Source: Squalus acanthias (taxonomy: Eukaryota). Taken from it: 64,000 nucleotides of DNA. Positions 59,710-64,000 of this stretch are shown here, piece after piece (the first letter of the stretch is position 1; every line of letters begins with the position of its first letter). A program made the translations under genes and the position numbers. The stretch is from contig CM059431.1 in assembly GCA_030390025.1 (NCBI GenBank), positions 117,988,001 to 118,052,000 of the forward strand, read 5' to 3'. The notes under the pieces were generated by a model. That model did not search any database. It saw only the letters and a program-made list of their open reading frames with translations, and was not told the origin of the DNA.

Positions 59710-62700
59710 TTATACGTCTGGCTCCTTTCAGGCTGCTGCTGGAGATATAAGCAACATCTCACAATTTGCAGTGCACTACTGCATAAGGGATGTCACTGAG
59801 TCTCTCTAAATACAGAAAACCAGTTTAATCTCTGTCCCTCTTGCCAGAGACAAGTAGGTGGAGCGAGCACGAGTGTTTGCATGAAGTGCAGGCTTTCCTA
59901 TGGTGCAGGGTGCCATTGAGTGCATGCACATTGCCTTGCTTGCTCCTCATGTGAACTCTGCCATTTTCATGAACCGAAAGGGATTCTACTCCCACAATGT
60001 GCAGCTGGTGTGTGACCACAGGCAACGCACCATGCAGGTGAATGCCCATTATCCTGGCAGTAGTCACAATTCCTGCGGCAGTCCTCTGTGCCAGCTGTAT
60101 TTGACCCACCACAGCATGTCAAAGGCTGGCTACTGGGCAGCAAGGATTATTCACTCATGACATTGCTCATGACCCCAGTCCGGAACCCACGCACACATGC
60201 ACTGCAGGCCTACAATGAGAGCCATGCTGTCACAAGGAACATTATAGAGCACAGTATCGGCATCCTCAAGCAACACTTCTGCTGCCTGGACCCCCTGGAG
60301 GAGCTCTGCAGTACTCAACTGAACATTTATCAAGATTTGTGGTAGTATGCTGCCTGCTACACAACCTGGCCATTGTGAGAGAACAGCCCTTCCCACCACC
60401 TATCAGGTGAGAAGCTGCAGAGCAGGAGCATGAGGAAGAGGAGGAGGAGGTGGAGAATGTGGAGGAGGAGGAGGAAGTGGAGAAGGTGGAGGAGGAGGAA
60501 GTGCAACAGGAAGTGGAGGAGAGGAAGAGGAAAGGAGGCTACATCATAGGCAACCCCTTTCTGCCCGAGATCTAGGTGATCAAATAATTCATGAGCGCTA
60601 GCCGTAACCTCAACCAAACCTCCCCATTCACCAACAGTACCACACTCGTACCTTTCCTCTATCACTGACCATCACATTGTCCTCTTTCTGACAAGAAAAA
60701 AAAACACCAGAAAATTCCAATCAAATTTTATAAATTCAATCATTACATAATGCATACAAAAATACCTTTATCACCCTTGTGCATTCCCTTGGTGCCTGTC
60801 TTCCGTGTGTCTTTGCCTCTCCTCATGCTCCTACGAGGTGCATTCCCAGTGGCTGCAGCATGGCTGTTGGAAAACTGCTGCCCTACAATTAATGAGACTG
60901 CAGATGACCTTGTAGGAGGACCAAGAGCAGCTCTAGGCCTATAAGACTGAGCTTCAGACTGGACCAGCTCGACCTGGGCTGCAGCCATCTGGGCTGGCTA
61001 GCTGACAAGCAACAGCAAGCAACACCTCCCAAACCCATGACCTCTACCACCTAGAAGGACAAGGGCAGCTGGCGCATGGGAACACTATCACCTCCAAGTT
61101 CCCCTCCAAATCACATAACATCTTGGAAATATATTGGCGTTCCTTCATAGTCGCTGGGCCAAAATCCTGGAACTCCCTCTGTAACAGCACTATGGGAGTA
61201 CCTTCACCTCGCGGATTGCAGCGGTTCAAGAAGGTGGCTCACCACACCTTCTCAAGGGCAATTAGGTATTGGCAATAAATGCTGGCCTTGCCAGTGACAC
61301 CCACATCCCAGGAACGAATAAAATAATAGGACACTGGTGGGTGGCAGGGATGGAAGTTGAAAAGCTTTCATCATGAGAGAGGACAGCAGGTTAGTGCTCC
61401 ATGGAGCCTCTACCACGGTCCTGGGTCGGTGCCTCAGCAATTCTACTGATCTGTTGGAGAACAGATTGATGGACTGCTGTGATGCCCTGGAAGCCCCTTT
61501 GCACACTGGTATCCAGAGCCATGATGGCAGCAGCCTGAGCTTCCACTGCTGCACTCAGGCCGTTGAAAGAAGCTATTTATGCTGCATTGGAAGCTGTTTG
61601 TGCTGCAATGCAAGCTGTGACATCGGCCATCAGATGCTGCATCATGGTCGGTTCCACAGGTGTGCTGATGGCACACCTGCTCCATGTTGGAAAGGATGGG
61701 CTCCAAGCTCTGTGAAAAGCCCTGTGCCAAGTTGGTGCTGGACTCCTCCATGCTCCTTGACATTGTGCGTAGGCTTTCTGGCAGGCTTTCCAGTGCACCA
61801 AGCATTTGACTTTGTACACCCAGCAGCCTTCTTCTGTAGCCTGGCCCATCAAAGTCCTCATCTGACTTCGCTGCAGCAGAACTAGTGTGCAACCTCGCCT
61901 TCCGGCGAGCTGGACCTACGCTATCCTTTCCTCTCCACCTTGGCTCCTGCGCACTTGTGCCCGGTGTCACACCATGTGCAGATCCCTCTGCTATCCAAGA
62001 CCTTAAAATATGGGCAGTGTCCGTCCCTGAGCTGCTGGCTGCGAGTGTAAGATCGAGTGACAGTGTCTCTTCATCTTCACTATCTTCTTCATCTTCCTCC
62101 TCTGACAGGGAAGGTTCGAGTCCTTGGGTATCTGAAACGAAAAAGGGACATGGGTTGGGTTGTGGTGAGTGGAGAGGAAAAAGTGAGTAGTGTGTGCTTA
62201 CACCCTCAGTAGCTTGTGAGTCAGAAAAGATTGCGGGATGAGAGAGAAGTGGGATGAGAGAAGGAGGATTAGGTATGCAGATACCCTCATCATCGATCCC
62301 TCGAGCCCCACCAGTGGCCACGGCCTCACTGATTCCCATGATGGCCAGCACTGTCTTCTACATGCGGGTTAAAACATGCAGACCCACTCATCCTCCTCCA
62401 GGTCTTTCCTGCTGCCTCCTGTTATGCACCACCTTCTCTTACAAGAAAGAAGGAAGTGCGTCAGTGAATGTGCTGCAATATGTTTGGGTGATGTGGCTGT
62501 CATGGTTGAATAGCTGCCAGTGTGTGCGAGTTGTGAGTGTGAGGCTTGCAACAGTGGTGAGTGTGTGAGGGTGAGGTAAAGCATATGAATTGAGGACTTG
62601 AGTACTGACTGATAGAAATTGTTGGTAGGTGGGTGATGGGGGTGCAGTGAATTGAGCAGTTGGTAGGATATGCCATTTGAAGATGAACTCGCTCACCTTG

Positions 62701-63120
62701 ACAACTTCTTCCTGCACTGCATCCATGTTCTTGGAGCTACACTCCTGGCATTGACCTCCACTGTTGCTTCTTCCCACTGCCTCCTGAGCATCTGACTGGA
62801 GGGCCTCCTGCTTCCCCTGTGGATACAAGAAGTCTCTCCTTCTCTCCATGTCTTGCAACAAGACCGCCAGTGCATTGTCAGAAAACCTTGGTGCTCACTC
62901 TCTCGCGTGTTCAGCCACTCCTCAAAGTATCACAGCCCAAATTCACTTTTCAAAAAACTCCCACCACTTCTTGTAGCTGCAATGCACCTGCCCTTTGAGA
63001 GATGCAGGGTGTCTTTAAGTAACGTTAGCCACTCGCAATATCAGGACTCCTGCTGATGCGTGCAGCCAATGAACAGTATGGGTAACGCTGGCTGCACGCT
63101 GCAATCATTTAAAACAGTAG
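59710..63120. mobile_element. Harbinger transposon remnant: transposase (+, ~59710-60605) and 3-exon Myb/SANT gene (-, ~62920-60745)
   Basis: MVQGAIECMHIAL...NRKGFYSHNVQLVCDH...YNESHAVTRNIIEHSIGILKQ; RSVAPRTWMQCRKK; ...RKTGTKGMHKGD. Ends truncated. Confidence 0.85.
61021..61325 (+). mobile_element. LINE 3' end (same family as 5888-7208) inserted in Myb/SANT exon 3
   Basis: cacctcccaaacccatgacctctaccacctagaaggacaagggcagc...gctggccttgccagtgacacccacatccc. Confidence 0.8.
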
Positions 63121-63128
63121 GCCGCACA

Positions 63129-63226
63129 AATTCTGATGAAAGGTCTTCGACCTGAAACGTTAACTCTGTTTCTCTCTCCACGGATGCTGCCTGGCCTGCT
63201 GAGTTTTTCCAGCGTTTTCTGTTGTT
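63129..63226 (+). mobile_element. Penelope pseudo-LTR fragment with an intact hammerhead core
   Basis: TT-CTGATGA-A-AGGTC-ttc-GACCT-GAAA-CGTT-AACT followed by the shared pseudo-LTR sequence. Confidence 0.8.
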
Positions 63227-63329
63227 AGCACAAATTGAATGTTCTGCCTGTAATGCAATGAATGAGCGTGGGTTAATCGCATACCGCAATTCCCACACCC
63301 ATTTTCTGGGGTTATCCAATTTAACCCCC

Positions 63330-63572
63330 TATAGGTAGAGTTACGGAAGAGCAAAGGATGCAAGACTCTTGTAGGAGTTGCCTACAGACCTCCTGATCGT
63401 CGTGATGTAGTGAGGTGATGTATAAATATGGAGATTCGGCCATCATGTAGCAAAAACAATATGGCTGTAATAGGAGATTTTAATTTCCACTTAGACTGGG
63501 AGAAGCAGAACAGCTCATGTAGTGAACACAATAAATTTCTAGAATGTTTGCAGGACAGTTTTCTAGAACATT
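63330..63572 (+). mobile_element. CR1 endonuclease fragment
   Basis: TLVGVAYRPP...VIGDFNFHLDW...KFLECLQDSFLEH. Confidence 0.75.
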
Positions 63573-64000
63573 GAGCCAAAATTTACCGTCAAAATAACAG
63601 TGAGGCTGACGACGCTCGCTGTTATTTATGCACAAATTCGCACAGCAACTTCAGGTGAGCGCAGATGCGCGGTTTATCACAAAAATCCAGAAGTTGCTGT
63701 CCGAGTTGCGCCACTACACCTTCGCGAAAATGGCATTTCGTTGTCTGATTCACCATTCAAATGAATTGAACGGTGTGAAGTTGCTGTATTTGTGCGACAG
63801 ATACAAACTAAACTCGTCACCAAAAGCCAGGGCTTGTCCATTTCAGTCTAAGTACCCTTTTTAAAAGCGTGATCGGTCTTAATTACTGCCAAACAACCTC
63901 GATGGTGCATAAAATTAACTTTTACAAGCGTGGAGTCTGATTCAGATTTTAATTGTTGTTTGAGATTTTAAAATAATTTTTTTTTTTTTACTTTTTCTTT
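63573..64000. mobile_element. Probable Harbinger-type MITE running off the window end
   Basis: CR1 sequence stops abruptly at GAGCCAAAATTT, followed by a CpG-rich subterminal region and then an AT-rich core. The second TIR is outside the window. Confidence 0.5.

Overview
This is eukaryotic intergenic or intronic DNA. The repeat families (CR1 LINEs with (TTCTATG/TTCTTATG)n-type tails, a Deu-domain tRNA SINE, Penelope-like elements, two-gene PIF/Harbinger transposons) point to a cartilaginous fish (shark), which is an inference. I found no convincing host protein-coding gene, rRNA/tRNA gene or CRISPR array. Most of the window is a deeply nested mosaic of decayed transposable elements: many CR1, L2-like and RTE LINE pieces; at least six PIF/Harbinger copies (HARBI1-like DDE transposase convergent with a 3-exon Myb/SANT-like gene) plus their MITEs; several Penelope-like elements carrying minimal hammerhead-ribozyme motifs; and three long TG...CA solo LTRs with 4-bp target-site duplications (TSDs). 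Most notable: (i) covarying hammerhead cores, including in tiny fold-back Penelope derivatives; (ii) a ~415-bp copy of nearby DNA that replaces the RT region of a Penelope element; (iii) long solo LTRs sharing a splice-donor-before-polyA layout; (iv) a MITE family with promoter-like motifs plus splice donors; (v) a four-level nest of insertions; (vi) a minisatellite grown out of a transposase acidic tail. Coordinates were read by eye. Ends backed by a TSD or terminal inverted repeat (TIR) should be near-exact; other ends are approximate.
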